This document shows, piece by piece, positions 35,986 through 49,762 of a stretch of 64,000 nt of DNA. The DNA lies in NCBI GenBank assembly GCA_965112735.1, contig OZ218964.1, positions 2,232,001-2,296,000 on the forward strand. Direction: 5' to 3'. Origin of the DNA: Phaeosaccion multiseriatum. Taxonomy: Eukaryota; Protista; Ochrophyta, other classes. The notes under the pieces are model-generated. The model saw only the letters and a list, made by a program, of their open reading frames with translations, was not told the origin of the DNA and ran no database searches. The first letter of the stretch is position 1; each line of letters opens with the position of its first letter. The position numbers and the translations under genes are program-made.

Positions 35986-37021
35986 TTAGTTGTCGTCTGG
36001 GCACACCTGGATGTTCTCCCTCACGAACTCGGACTGCGGAGGAGGGGGCGCAAGAGGGGGGGGGGAGAACAGGCAGAGAGTCAGAGGAGAGAGTATAGTG
36101 CAGACACCAGGTACTGAGGAGATCCCGGAAAGCGAGAAGGGGGTGGAGAAGACAGGCAGAGTGACACACACGCAGAGAGCTGGAACTGCTCCTTCCTTCC
36201 TTCCTTCCTTCCTTCCTTTCTTTCTTTCTTCCTCCCTCCCTCCCTCCCTCCCTCTGCATCACCAACACACTCACCTCGACGGTAAGGCCGTGGATCCTGA
36301 CGGCCTCCCTCGTCCAGCAGGCTCGGCAGTTCTGCGCCACTCCGAAGAAGTTGCACTGGTAGCCGTTGAAGGACGGGGGCGTGGCGGAGCAGCCCGGATC
36401 GCAAATCATCTTCTTGTGCCACGTCAGCAAAGTGCTCTGTGCCACGTCAGAGATGAGGTCGTAGCAGTCCGCGTCCGACACGCAGGTACCGCCGGACGAG
36501 GGAGTGGAGGGGGTGGAGGGTGTGGAGGGTGTGGAGGGGGTGGAGGGTGTGGAGGGGGTGGAGGGGGTGGAGGGGGTGGAGGGGGTGGAGGGGGTGGAGG
36601 GGGTGGAGGGGGTGGAGGGGGTGGAGGGTGTGGAGGGTGTGGAGGGGGTGGAGGGGGTGGAGGGGGTGGAGGGGGTGACGCTCTCGATGGTGGAGGCGGA
36701 TGGCTGAGGAGTGGGGGCTGGCTGAGGAGTGGGCGCGGCGGTTCCTGCAGGGACGCGTTCGGGCGGCGTTACGAGGATCTCGGGCTCCTCAAAGGGGGAA
36801 GGGGTGGGCGCGGCGGACGGGACCTCAGTGAAGACGGCGAAGGGGACTTCGTTAGGGCACACCACGCAGCCAGACTCGGTGGCGGTCTCCTCCGTGCACT
36901 CCTGAGGGAGGGAGGGAGGGAGGGAGGGAGGGAGGGAGGGAGGAGGAAGGGTAGGGGGTGTGAGTGCGTTGGTTCGAGCGTAAGCGACACATGCGCGGCG
37001 AGGGTAGTGAGGGGCATCAAG

Positions 37022-37066
<45 letters not shown>

Positions 37067-40000
37067 GTGTGTGTGGGTGTGTGTGTGTGTGGGTGCGTGT
37101 GTGTGTGTGTGGGTGTGTGTGTATGTGTGTATGTATGGGTCCGTGTGTGTGGGCGTGTGTGCTCAAGAAGCTAACAAGAGGAAAGCTACAAGACGGAATG
37201 ACTGACTGACTGACTGACTGACTGACCTCGTCGCACACGGTGCACCCGAACATCTCAATGTTCTCGTACTGGCAGTTGTAGGGGGAGGCTTCTGCGTCGC
37301 ACTCGGGGTCGCACACGAACAGGCGCTGGTGCTCCGCGATGAGGTCAAGCAGTCCAGTGCAGGCTGATGGGGAGGGGGTGGAGGGGGAGGGACGGGGTTA
37401 GAGGCAGGCAGAGAGGGAGGGAGGGAAGGAGGGAAGGAGGGAAGGAAGGAAGGAAGGGACAGGCAGCCTGCCTCAGTGTCTTCACACGCAAACACTTTCT
37501 CATAAGACAACAGACACACACTCTCTCTCTCTCACTGTGTGTGTGCTTACTCTCTCTCACTGTGTGTGTGCTCTCACTGTGTGTGTGCTCTCACTGTGTG
37601 TGTGCTTACTCACCTGTGGCATAGCACTCCAGGGGCTGCGAGCACACAGGCACTGTTGGGGCGGGGTTGGTGACCTCGGGCTCGGGGGAGGGGGAGGGGG
37701 AGGGGGAGGAAGGAGTAGGGGAGGAAGGAGTAGGAGAGGAAGGAGTAGGGGATGAAGGAGTAGGAGAGGAAGGAGTAGGAGAGGAAGGAGTAGGAGAGGA
37801 AGGAGTAGGGGATGAAGGAGTAGGAGAGGAAGGAGTAGGAGAGGAAGGAGTAGGGGATGAAGGAGTAGGAGAGGAAGGAGTAGGAGAGGAAGGAGTGCTC
37901 GGGGTAGGCTCGGGGGCCTTGCCGGTGGAGGGGGTGGGGTTTGGTGCTACCGGCGAGGGGATGAAGCTGGGGATGGGAGGGTTGCCGATAGTAGGGGGGG
38001 GGTTGGTAGGAGCGGTCGGAGTGGGGTTGGGCGAGGGAGCGACAGGGCTGGCGATGGTCGTCGTAGGGGTAGGACTTGAGTTCCTTGGCGTGGGGGCGGG
38101 GGGCGGGTACAGCGTGGGGTCGATGGTTGGGCAAGGCACACACAGGCCCTCGGCGATGAGGTCTTCTGTGCACGACTCGAAGCATCCACGGCAGTTCTTC
38201 ATTCCGAAGAAATCGCACATGAACTGTGCGGCGGGTCGGTGGGTAGAGGTATGTGGGGGTTTGGGGTGGGTGGAGGGGTGGCAAGGAGGGAGGGAGGGAG
38301 GGAGGGAGGGAGGGAGGGAGGGAGGGAAGGAGGGAGGAAGGGAGGGGGGCGAAAGTCAGGGAAGGTAGGCGACAACAGAATGGGCTTCGACTCCAGCACT
38401 TGCTTCTCCTTCGCGCAGTTCCCTGTGGGAAAGAGCTAACTGCCACGCGGGGTTCAACGGACACGAAGCAGAGAGAGAGAGAGAGAGCGGTGTCAGGGCG
38501 CGAGCACTCACGTTGTCCATGTAGTTGGAGTTCTCGTTGCTGCACGTGGGGTCGCAGAACAGTTTCTTGCCCGCGCGGTGTAGAGACTCCTTCTCAACGT
38601 CCTGATTGATTCATGAGCGGGCGGGGCAGGAGGGGCAGGAGGGGCAGGAGGGGAGAGGCAAGCTGAATGAGAGGGAGGGAGGGAGGGAGGGAGGGAAGGA
38701 AGGAAGGAGGAGGACGCTCACTGAGAGGAGGGAATGAAGGAGAGCGGCACAGGGAATGGAAGTCCAGAAGCTGCTGGTACATTCTCAGACTTTAGGCGCG
38801 GTCTGAGTTGATTCATCCTTCCCTCCCTCCCTCCCACTCACCGTGGTCTGGTACTCGCAGTCGATATCGGTCACGCAGCCGAATTCCTCCATCAGCACGA
38901 TGTGGTTGCCGTCGGTGGGGGCGAGGGGGCGGAGGATGTCCGTGGTGCGCAGGCAGGAGATGCAGGACAAGTCGTCCGCGGGGCACCAGTCTTGCACACA
39001 GGCGCGGCACACGGCACCGGCACCCATGTAGTCACACTGAAGGGACTCATAAGGGTCGAACCCGCTGCGAGGGATGGAGGGACGGAGGGACGGAGGGACG
39101 GATGGCAGTGGAGGTGGTGAGGTGGATGGGTCAGGGGTGGGCGAAAGCGCTCAGAAGGGAGGTGGGAATGAGTGGTGCGTGTAGGTGTTGTTGGTGTTGT
39201 TGTTGTTGGTGGTGGTGGCAGCAGAGGCATGGCAAAGTACCCCATTCACTCACCTGCTGGCCCCGCATCCCGGATCGCACTGGAGCACGAGCGAGTTCTC
39301 CTCGAGGGCAGTGAGCACTTCGTCTGCGATGCCATCCATGCAATCGCAGCCCTTGTCGGGCACGGGACAGCGCACGCAGTCCTCTCCCTGCAAGCAGCCG
39401 CGGCAGCAGCGGTTGGCGATACGGCGGTAGACAGGAGGAGGGGGGCGGGGCAGGGAAAGGAAGGGAAGCGAAGGGAGGGATTGACTTTAAGGTACTGGTA
39501 GAAGGAGGGGTGGCAGGGCCAGGCTCGTGTGTGTGTGTGTGTGTGTGTGAATGCGAGAGAGGGGGACGGAGGAACTCTTCGCTATCATGGGCTGAGAGGA
39601 GCAGATGAGAGGACAGGCAGACAGGCAAACGCGAGGAACAGTGTGCCACCCTATCGCTGTGTGCTCATCGCTCCATGGCTGTAGACAAGAGTGAGGGTGG
39701 GAGAGAACCGTTTCGTGCCGCGTTGGCCGCGTTGGGAGCAGAGCAGTAGCGCTCCGCCATTGGCGTAACGGTGAACACACGTCATGCTTTCTTCCTTCCT
39801 CCCCTTCCATGTCCCATCCCTCCAAGCCCTTCTACTCACCTCGGCCTCGATGAGCTCACACGCCTCCTCCTCCATGCAGAAGCGGCAGTCGGCCGCCCCG
39901 TGCACCCCGCACCATGGCAGGCCGGTGGGTGCTCCGCCGTCCGTGACGCACGCTGGGTCATGGTACACGAAATTGGCCGCGGCCAAATCGGTGTACGTCC

Positions 40001-40124
40001 ACATGGACTGGCAACAGGCCAGAGGGTCTGCCTCATTGGCGCAGATCACCTCCTGTGCCTGGACTGTCCTGCCTCCAGAGAGGAGGAGTGCGGCCAACAC
40101 GACCACAGAGGAGGGCGGTGCCAT
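35986..40124 (-). CDS. Secreted cysteine-rich protein with about five CDPxC...CRxC domains and mucin-like (PSSPT)n/(TPS)n stalks
   Basis: Signal peptide [23 protein letters not shown]; repeated domains ([17 protein letters not shown]; [18 protein letters not shown]; [17 protein letters not shown]; CDPEC..FGCTVC; [18 protein letters not shown]); ends QVCPDDN*. Confidence 0.75.
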
Positions 40125-40912
40125 GCTAAACGCTCTTACTGCAACGACTGTGAGGCTACTACTGCTGTTTGTTCTGGCTCTCGCACTGCTAAAGCTGGAC
40201 AGAAGGAGGAAAGGAACAGAAAATGGACTACTTTCCGACTGATGAGGAGTGTTGGCCTGAAAGTGGTGGGATGGTGCTCGCTTTGCCCACGTTTCTCTTC
40301 TATGCTCCTCTCTCCCTCTCGGTCAGTTACTGGGGGTATGAGGGTCTGTGTGAGCAAACAAGAGCAAGCCGCGTGAGAGGAGAGTAGTTCTCCCCTTCCT
40401 TTGTCTACCACCCGCAAAAGCAGCAGTTTCGAAAGGGCAAAAACGTAACTGTATTTGGGAGCGTATGGGGAAAGTAACTGTCATTTGGGGGCATATTGAG
40501 GCCCCAGAAACAGCACTCATATGGTAAACGAAGGGTGGTCAGCCGGCCCTCGGCCCTCGTCGTCGGTGTGGAATGGGCAGAGGGACGGCTGCCACTTCCC
40601 TCTGCCCATTCCCCCCCCCCTTCTTTGTCGAGGGGGTCTATATTCATATTAGACCCCCCACATGTAAAAAAAAGTCTCCTTCCTCTCCTCTAGGGTGGTT
40701 CCTACACTCTTCTATTCCTCCCCCCTGCTTCTAGACGGAATGTAAGATACCTTCCAGACTCGACCAGATATCTATCCGAAGTGCTTTTGTATGTCTGTGT
40801 GCTTGTTCTTTTGATGGGTCCAATGGTATGGGTCTTCCCTCATGCTTAGGTTCTTATCGTGTACTCTTGCCTCTTTACGCTACTGCCCTTTACGCAAGCT
40901 GAGAGTGATGAG

Positions 40913-41475
40913 TCCTCCCTCCCCCCCTCCCTCCCTCCGTCCGTCCGTCCTTCCTTCCCTCCCTCCCTCCCTCCCTCCCTCCCTCCCTCCCTCCCTCCCT
41001 CCCTCCCTCCCTCCCTCCCTCCCTCCCTCCCTCCCTCCCTCCCTCCCTCCCTCCCTCCCTCCCTCCCTCCCTCCCTCCCTCCCTCCCTCCCTCCCTCCCT
41101 CCCTCCCTCCCTTCCCCTCCCTCGCTCACTCCCTCCCTCCCTCCCTCCCTCCCTCCCTCCCTCCCTCCCTCCCTCCCTCCTTCCCTCCTTCCCTCCCTCC
41201 CTCCCTCCCTCCCTCCCTCCCTCCGTCCCTCCCTCCCTCCCTCCCTCCCTCCCTCCCTCCCTCCCTCCCTCCCTCCCTCCCTCCCTCCCTCCCTCCCTCC
41301 TCCTCTCCCTCCCTCCCTCTCTCTCCCTCCCTCCCTCCTCCTCTCCCTCCCTCCCTCCTCCTTCCCTCCTTCCCTCCCTCCCTCCCTCCCTCCCTCCGTC
41401 CTTCCCTCCCTCCCTCCCTCTCTCCCTCCCCCTCTCTCACTTATTCCCTCCCTTCCTCCCTCCCTCCCTCCCTCC
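40913..41475. repeat. ~560-bp (CCCT)n microsatellite, intergenic
   Basis: Visible polypyrimidine tract. Confidence 0.95.
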
Positions 41476-41697
41476 CGCACAGGGTATCGAGAGCCGAGGT
41501 GATAGCCTCCGAGCCAGGGCAGTGACGACCCTTCCCGGAACAGCCCTCAGTAGCCTCCTAGAGGCCTACCGCTCACTCCAAGATATATATGTGTTGGACT
41601 AGTTGAGTAGAGTGTGTATATTCGCTAGACGTTGCTAATGTCTAATACTACCCCCTCAATGATGTCCTGTCCTCTCCCTTGTCCCAATGTCCTGTTT

Positions 41698-41952
41698 TCG
41701 GCCCTGGAAGAGGTTACAGTATTCGCCGACCATAATCAGTAATCAGGCCGGCTTGCGCCAATAATCAGTAATCAGGCCGGCTAGCGCCCGTCATAATCAG
41801 TAATCAGGCCGGCTGGCGCCGGTCATAATCAGTAATCAGACCCGGCTGGCGCCGGCCATAATCAGTAATCAGGCCCGGCTGGCGCCATAATCAGTAATCA
41901 GGCCGGCTGCGCCGGCCGTAATCAGTAATCTGATAACCTCTTCCAGGGCCGA
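41698..41952. mobile_element. 255-bp MITE with 19-bp perfect TIRs, 6-bp TSD and internal tandem repeats
   Basis: TCGGCCCTGGAAGAGGTTA (41698-41716) and its reverse complement (41934-41952); CTGTTT at 41692-41697 and 41953-41958; seven copies of the CATAATCAGTAATCAG(GCCGGCTGGCGCC) unit inside. Confidence 0.8.
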
Positions 41953-42787
41953 CTGTTTCCCTTTTCCCTTGTCTCCTTTTGCCTACTCCACGGCCTTGTC
42001 ACTGACCCGATAACCTCCCGCCCACCTCCCCGAATTAGACCGATGTCGACCTTCTCGATACCCAATGTCGATGTCCTGACCATACACCTACAGAGGGGTC
42101 GGAGCGTGGGCGCGTGTGGGGACCCCGAGGGGGTACTAGTGCTGAGGAGGGGGAACATTCAGAGTAGGAGTAAGTGATTGGAGTGGAAGGAAGGGGGAGG
42201 GGGGGGCGGACATGCATTTGACATTTGACCGCGACACTAAATATCGAGCTCTAGCTGGTCATGTAAAAGAGAGTATAGAGTTATGGAGCCCAGAACCAGG
42301 ATCGGCCTTCATCATTGCCTTATTACATGGCTTTCCCCCAGAACCTGGAACCTGTGGAGAAAAAAAAACCTGGCCGGCTGGCGCCGGCCAGAAGCAGGAA
42401 CCAGCGTCGCCTCAGAACCGTTTCCAGGGGCCGACTCCATGCTCTAGGCTCTAGGTCGCACCCGAACTGCTCGCGAGGGGCGAGGGGCCCGACGTTGCCG
42501 TCAACTGCACAGTGGCACCCCAAAAAGGGCAAAAATGGAAAAAATTGATCGAAACGGAACCAACCGATTTCTGGAAATTTGCCATGCTGGGAATGGCGCC
42601 TCATTTAAGGTGGGGATGTGACCACATCATGCTCTCCAGCGAACAGTGGGTGGCACAAGTAGGAGGGTAGGACCGGGGGGGAGCCCAGTAGCAAGCAATA
42701 GGAGTAGGGTAGAGCGTGGCCGTGGCGGGAGGGGGGTAGAGCACAAGTAGGAAGGGGGGGTGGTCCCCAAAGGCCAGCGTAGGAGCC

Positions 42788-44588
42788 ATGCTCCGGAGAA
42801 AGCAGCAGTGGCGGCGCTGTCCTCTTCCCAGGAGGGAGGGGCATCCGGCGGTAGCTGCCGCGGCGGTGCGGGGCGTGGCCGCGGGGGTTGTGGCGGCGGC
42901 GGCCGCGGCGGTGGCGGGCGCAGGAGGGAAGGACGAGATGCACTGGGGCAAGGAGGTGAGGCAATAGGGCCGGGGCCACACAGAGCGCCCCCCCCGGGCC
43001 GTCGTGGGTCTTCGCTGTGGGGAGGCAGGTGCTCGCGCTTGCAGTGTGTAGCTGATTCCTTGGCTGCTGCGAATGCATCATGCGCAACCCTACTGCAAGT
43101 CGGGGCCTGTGGCCGGTCAAGCCATTGTTTTCTTGTGTGGGGGGGAGTTGGCTGGGGTGCTGGGGTGGGGGAAATGCCTCCACCGGTTTCGGCCGAGGGG
43201 AGGGGTGCTGCGACTGTGCTTGGCTAGGCTAGGGTGTGTCATGGATTGGTGCTGCTTTGCAATGAGTCGGAAAGGGCATGGTGGGCCGCAGCATGAGAGA
43301 GAGTCGTTTTGTGCTGCACTGTGCTGCTGTTGCTCATCATCATTGCGCAAGGCTCTTTACTGACTCTCGTCCGCCCTGCGTCTCCCCTCGGAGCAAGCTT
43401 GGGCTGGGGTGTGGCATGGATTGGTGTTGCCTTGCTTGCAAAGAGTCGGCGGAGGCACGCAGCGCGATAGAAAGAGGAAGGAACTTCAGACCGGCCAAGG
43501 AACATTAGACCGTCCACCATCATGCGCAAGGCTCCTTGCTGAAGTTCGCCCGCCGTACTTATCCCTCTTGCCCCCCTGTCATCCTACTTGTGTGTCCCGC
43601 AGGCGTGTGCGGATGTTCAGACCAACAATGTCGCCGCCTCTGATGCTGGAGAGGCCTCTCCCCAGCTCGAGGCTCGGAGCCACGACTTCGCCTCTGAAGA
43701 CATATCACAGGAGGAGCAGGTACAGCAGGGCTCGCAGTGGTTCCGCAACTGGCGCAACGGCTCGCACAGCAGCAAGCACCGATCAGGGACACGCCACCAC
43801 CACCACCATCACCACCATCACCACCGCAGCCATCAGCAGCACGGCGGCGGCCACAGCAGTAGCCACAGCAACAGCCACAGCAGTCACAGTAGTCACAGCA
43901 ATAGCCATAGTAGTCACAGTAGTCACAGTAGTCACAGTAGCAGTCATAGTCACCGGGAGTCGCATGCCCCACATCAACACCACCACAGTCACTCGATGCG
44001 CTGGGCGCCAGAGGAGCAGCATCACCGGCAGCAACAACAGCAGCACCAGCAGCACCATCAACACCATCCGCAGCAGCAGCAGCAGCAGCAGCAGCAGGGA
44101 GGCAACTCCGCCTTCGCTCCCAGGCGGTCCACGCAGTTTCTCTTTCGGCGGCCACAGCGGCAGTCTCACTCTCACTCTCCCCCCGGGGCGGCCCTCTATC
44201 TGGAAGGTCAGGACGCAGCTCGTGGCTCACCGGGTACGCACGGCAGCGCGAGGCTCAAGGCTCGGGTACGGCGAACCGTTTCCTTCAGCAGACACGTTCG
44301 CGCCGTCCTCATCCCTGCCCGCTCCGACATTGACGAAATCTCCAAGCGGCGCATGTGGTGGCGCCATGAGGACTACCTTCTCTTTCGCAGCTGCTTCCTC
44401 GCCCACGTCCGGCGGGGCTGTGTGGCAGGTGCCCCCCCTGTGGCTGTCCCTGCGCCTGATCCTTCGTCGCCTGCACGCTCGCCTTCGCCGATGACGTATG
44501 CAGCAGCAGGAGGAGAAGAGCAAGAGGAGGAGGACAAGAGAAGAGTGGCGCCTAGCATGACCTCACAGGGGGATGATGAGGCAGCAGC

Positions 44589-44628
<40 letters not shown>

Positions 44629-45909
44629 GCAGAAGCAGAAGCAGAAGCAGCAGCAGCACTACAGGCCACGCGTCAAGCGCAAGCGGCGGCGGAGGCGGCA
44701 GCAAAGGCCAAGGCCGGCGTACTTGTGGCAGTGAGAGCAGCGGCGGACGCTGCCATCGCCGCTGCCCAGGAGCGGAAACGAGCCAACTTGCGAGGCGAGG
44801 ACGGCGGCAGCTCCACGGCCACCGCGTCGCCCTCTCCCTCGCCCCCTTCCTCCTCCGCCTCCCCCATACATTCCCCTCCTTCCTCGACAGCCTCCTCACC
44901 GAGAAGCTCCAGCTCCTGCTCGGGCTCTACATCCGACTCCACTGGGTCGTCGTCGTCATCTGATTCGTCGTCCGAGGCGTCCTCGGAGTCCGAATCCTCG
45001 GGCAACGGCTGCCTCAACATGGACGTTTCGCTCGAGGGCATTGAGGGCATGGACATGTTGAACATGTTCGACCTCGATCCCCATGTCGAGAATGACGAAG
45101 AGGACATGTGCAAGTCAAACAGCAGTCGCTCGGCCTCGTCGTCTTCTTCCAGCGGCTCCGACGGCGGCGCCACCTCAGGGGAGAGCTCCTCGGATAACAG
45201 CAGCCCCGTGCTGGAGCCACTAGCGTGCAGGCACCCCGGCGGGCGAAAGCAGCCGAAGCAGCAGCAAGAACAGCAGCAGCAGCAGCAGCAGCAGCAGGAG
45301 GAGGACCTAGGCACCTCCTCCGACGACGACGGCGGAGACGGCGACGACGAAGGCGAGGACGAGGACGAAGAGGAGAAGATGACGCGGCCCTCGGAGGACG
45401 ACCTCCTCTTCGCCGCCGCATCTCCGGGATCTGTTCGAAGCGCGGGCGGCAGGTGCTCCCTCCCCGGGGGGGTGAGCGCCTTTGCCCATGAAGCCCCTCC
45501 CCTGTGGGCAAACTCTTACCCCGTGCCGTCGGCCTTCCTGCTCCAGGGGGGCACCACCCAGGGGGGCAGCGGCCAGCAGCGCCTCTACGGCTCGAATCCG
45601 CGCTTTAACACCATTTGTGAGCTCATCTCCTCTCATCGAGCCAAACAGGAGGAGCACCGCCGCTACCAAACCGAGTGCCAAGGATTGGGCATTAGTCCAG
45701 GAGGGCGGGGGGGTGGCTCGCTTGGGCTGCTGGACTTCGAGACCCCCAAGTGCGACCTCTTGCAGAGCCTGCAGCGGTTTAGCGTAGGGGGGGGGGTGGA
45801 GCAGGGCACACAAGAGGCAGAAGAAACAGTGGTGGAGGCAGCGGCGGAGGGGGGGCAGGCGAGGGGGCGAGACAGCAGGGACGCAGAGGCTCTGTGTGTC
45901 AGGGCATGA
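42788..45909 (+). CDS. Low-complexity (His/Gln/Ser/Ala-rich) hypothetical protein with a VSF...V.LIP...WW...DY..F motif
   Basis: Long ORF ending at 45909. An acceptor at 43602 is phase-compatible with a tentative first exon 42788-42955. The only ordered-looking segment is RRTVSFSRHVRAVLIPARSDIDEISKRRMWWRHEDYLLFR. Confidence 0.6.
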
Positions 45910-47171
45910 CAGAGGGCTTGCTGGAGGAGGCGCGCACACACACACATACATAGCACAGACACAGATACAAAAGGACGAAACAAGAGAGATAGTGACACAA
46001 GGCGGAAGACAACACAAGACCACCGGCGTCGGACAAGGACGAGAGCCAGGGCGGGCAGCACATAGCGCTTCATTACTACTGACTTTAATGTGTACGTAAG
46101 AGTACGTAAGGATGGACAGACAACACGACGACGGCCGCCGGGCGGGTGAGGGATATACGACGAATGAGGGGGGAGGGAGAGGGAGAGGAAGGGGAGGGGG
46201 AGATTTACTTGATGGGGAGTGAATGAAGGGGTTGATTTACTTTACAGTGAGTGGATGAATGAAGATGGTGCGTGCCTTGTGTGACGGTCATCGAAGAGGG
46301 GCAAGACATAAGAGGAGGAGGAGGAGAAAGGGAGAGAGGGTGGAGGGTGACGAACATAGGTCCCCCCGTAATTAGATTCTCTCGAAAAGGGGGATGGAAT
46401 AGACTAGACTACAAGCGAGAGAGCGGCGAGCAGGGGAATAGAGGAGAGAGGAGAGGAGCGAGCGAGGGGCCGCAGGAGAGGAGGGACGAAAGGCGCAGAG
46501 AAGATGGGCGAAGCGCCCTTTGGTTGAGGCCGTCGGGGGGGAGACGCCGACGGCATCATATCACATCACAGACAGAGATAGAGTGATAGAGTGTCAGAGA
46601 GAGAGAGAGAGAGACAGAGAGAGAGTGCGAGGGGAGGGGAGGGGAGGAGCCTTCTCATCAACATGAATAGCACGAGTCAGAGCTAGGCAGTGCGAGGCGA
46701 GGAGAGGAGAGCGAGGGGCACACACATGTTCCCGAGTCTCCTTCTCATGTATGATGCTCATGTATGAGTGACGCACATGTCCCCCCCGAGTCTCCTTCTC
46801 ATGTATGTGTTTTTACGCGCTGCATGGCGGAGCGTGTACGCATGGGGGGAGGGGGGATGGAGCGCTCGACGCGCCCCGTAGAGGGCTTTTTACAGTTACA
46901 GAACGGTTGCTTGGGGGCTTTCATCGTAGAATTAGAGCCCCCGCACCCTTCGGTGCGGTTTCGTTTCTGGTGCTGCGTTATAGTGTTGCACTTGCTTGCG
47001 TTGGAGCAAATAAACAAAGCACCTTTCTTTTGCTTTTTTACTGGCACAGTTGATATTTCGTTATATATCAGTGAACGATTGTCAACACCACGGAATGAAC
47101 TGAACACTGTGGCGTCCTAGTGAGTGCGTTCGAGCCTGGCTCATCGGTCGCTGCTACACAAGTGAGGCATG

Positions 47172-47205
<34 letters not shown>

Positions 47206-47649
47206 TTTCTTTTTCCCCTGCCTTACTTCGTCTCTTCCCCTCCCTCTGTATCCCACACCCCAAGGAGAGGGGCGGCGGTGGCGGTGAGAGGCAGGAAGGC
47301 GACAACAGGGCAGCTCTGCTCGGCCTGTCCTCCTGCCTCCTGCCTCCTCCCTCCTCCCTCCTCCCTCCTCCCTCCTCCCTCCTCTAGCAGCAGCACAACA
47401 GCGCAACACCAGTCCAGTCTCACTCTCACTTCATTGAAATATAATCTCTCTCAAGCCCAAGTTTGGGACCCAAGTGTGACACCTCTCCCTCCCCTCGTAC
47501 AGCAGGCGTGCTGAGCCCCCCCCCTGCACCACTGCAATATGTCGGTCGGTCGTTCGGTCGGTCGGTGGGTGTGTCGGTCGAGTCGAGGTGCCTCGGGTCG
47601 TCGGGTCGTTGCCTCGTCAGCCCACGGCCAGCAGCAAAGCAAGAGAATG

Positions 47650-49720
47650 CTATGCTCTGGGGGTGGAGGGAAGGATGGAGGGGATGGTGGTGACGATACG
47701 GCCCGGGTTGCCCTTGACCTCCCTGGCCTCTAGACCGAATGTCTCTCTCATGAAGCTCACAATGTAGGGCTTCAGCACGCTGACCCCCCGCTCCGAACTG
47801 TGCCGTCCCCACCCCGTCACCAGCTCCACCTCGCCCGTCACCTTCGTTGCACATACACGCGCACGCACACGCACACACACGCGTACACAAACCCACGTGC
47901 GCACACACACAAGAGAGAGGTTAGGTGTGCCGCAGATGGGGCGGGGCGTACAGGGTATGTAAGGGAATGTAAGGGTACGTAAGGGGGAGGGCGTCAGCAG
48001 AGCTGAAAGGCGGCAGCAAGAGAGAAACACAATAGCGAGGGCGTGAAGGACAAGGGCGTGTCTTCTCTCCTCTTTCTCCTGTCCTCTCCTCTCCTTCTCC
48101 TCTCTCTCCTCTCCTCTCCTCTCCTCTCTTCTTCCCTCATCTCTCCTCCCCTCTTCTCCTCTGTTCCCCATGCCCCCTTGACAAGAGCCTCATCATCTCC
48201 AACCCCCACAGCCCCCGTCAAACTCAAACTCAAACTCTCCTCTGTGTATCTCCCATTCCTTGTCATACACGCACATCGCGTGGACGCACACACACGCACA
48301 CGAAGCAAACAGATCAGATAAGACACGCAAGCAGGCAAACAGGCCGAATGGATAGGAGGGAGCGAGGGACGCAGAAATACAAAGGCACACCGTAACAGAG
48401 GGAAAGACATCCATACACAAAGACAGCGAGAGAGAGAGAGAGAGGAGAGCAAGACAGACAGAGCGCAGACACAGAGAGAGAGAAAGAGAAAAAGAGGCCT
48501 CCCTAGGTCAAGGTCTAGGTCCTCACCTTCTCCTCTCTAATGACGTGCGTGAGGGCCGCACTGGCGACGCTGGTGTGCAAGTGGTGGAAGTCCACCGCGC
48601 GTTTCCCCTCCGACATGCTCCTCCAGTGATTAGGGAACTGCCCAGAGGCCAGGCCCTCTCGGTACAGGCCCTGGGCAGGGCAGAGGTATATGGGCAGGGC
48701 GTTGGGGTGTGTGGTTGGGTGGTTGGTAAGTGGTGATACAAACGAAAGAGAGGGAGGGGATGGAGGGGATGGAGGGGAAGGAACGAGAAGCTCTCCCCTG
48801 GAAGGACACGCACGCACGCACGCACGCACGCCTGCAGTTTTCAGTTCTCAAGTTATGTGACATTATTGAATATCGAACACCATAAACGGGATCGAGATCG
48901 AAGCTTCTGTGTTTACTCCACAATAGAGCAGCCTCTGAAGACTCAGGAGGATCCAACCGTGCCGTGATAGGCCCTGCTTCCACTCAACACTCAACTTTTC
49001 CTCCCTCTCTCTGAGACTCTCTCTCTCTCTGTGGTTACTCTCCCACTCACTTCTTGTTCCTTACACTATTCATCCCCACTTTTTCTGCTGTTGCCTCAAT
49101 ACCTTCGTCCCTCCCCGTCTTCCATTTTCTTTCTTTTCCGCGTGTTTCCAAGCTATGCTACTCCTACTACATTCACTGACTTACTCACCTGCGCGGCGTC
49201 GATGTCTCCCAAGTCAGTGAATGCCGTGATGGCGTACTGCAGCACGGGAAAGAGCAGCTCGCCCTCCTCACGGGCGATGGCGAGGAGTCTCTGCACCTGT
49301 TGGTGGTACGGCGGGGGGGGGGGGCACCGAGACAGAGCATAGAGACGGAGAGTCAGCAGCAGAGCAGCAGCGCGAGTGGAGAGTCAGTGGCCGGGGGAGG
49401 GAAGGAGGGCTGAAAGGAAAGGATGAGTGTGCGAGTGGGTGAGTGAGTGAGTGAGTGAGTGAGTGAGTGAGTGAGTGAGTGAGTGAGGGAGTGAATGAGT
49501 GAGCGAGTGAGTGAGTGAGTGAGTGCGTGAGTGAGTGAGTGAGTGAGTGAGTAGTGAGTGAGTGAGTGAGTGAGTGAGAAAGTGAGTGAGTGCGTGAGTG
49601 AGTGAGGCAGTGAGTGGGTGAGTGAGTGTGAGTGGGCCCTTCATTCCTTCCCTTGTTCCTTCCTTCCTGAGTGCGCAAGAAAGACCGGCACCCCCTTTCT
49701 TTGCATATATACACGCACAC

Positions 49721-49762
<42 letters not shown>

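Noticed and set aside
40842-41602. Long ORFs over (CCCT)n and other satellites (also 2629-3312, 3925-4479, 50328-51141, 53724-54698, 61442-62380)
   Set aside because: These are stop-free frames produced by simple repeats in introns or intergenic DNA, not genes.
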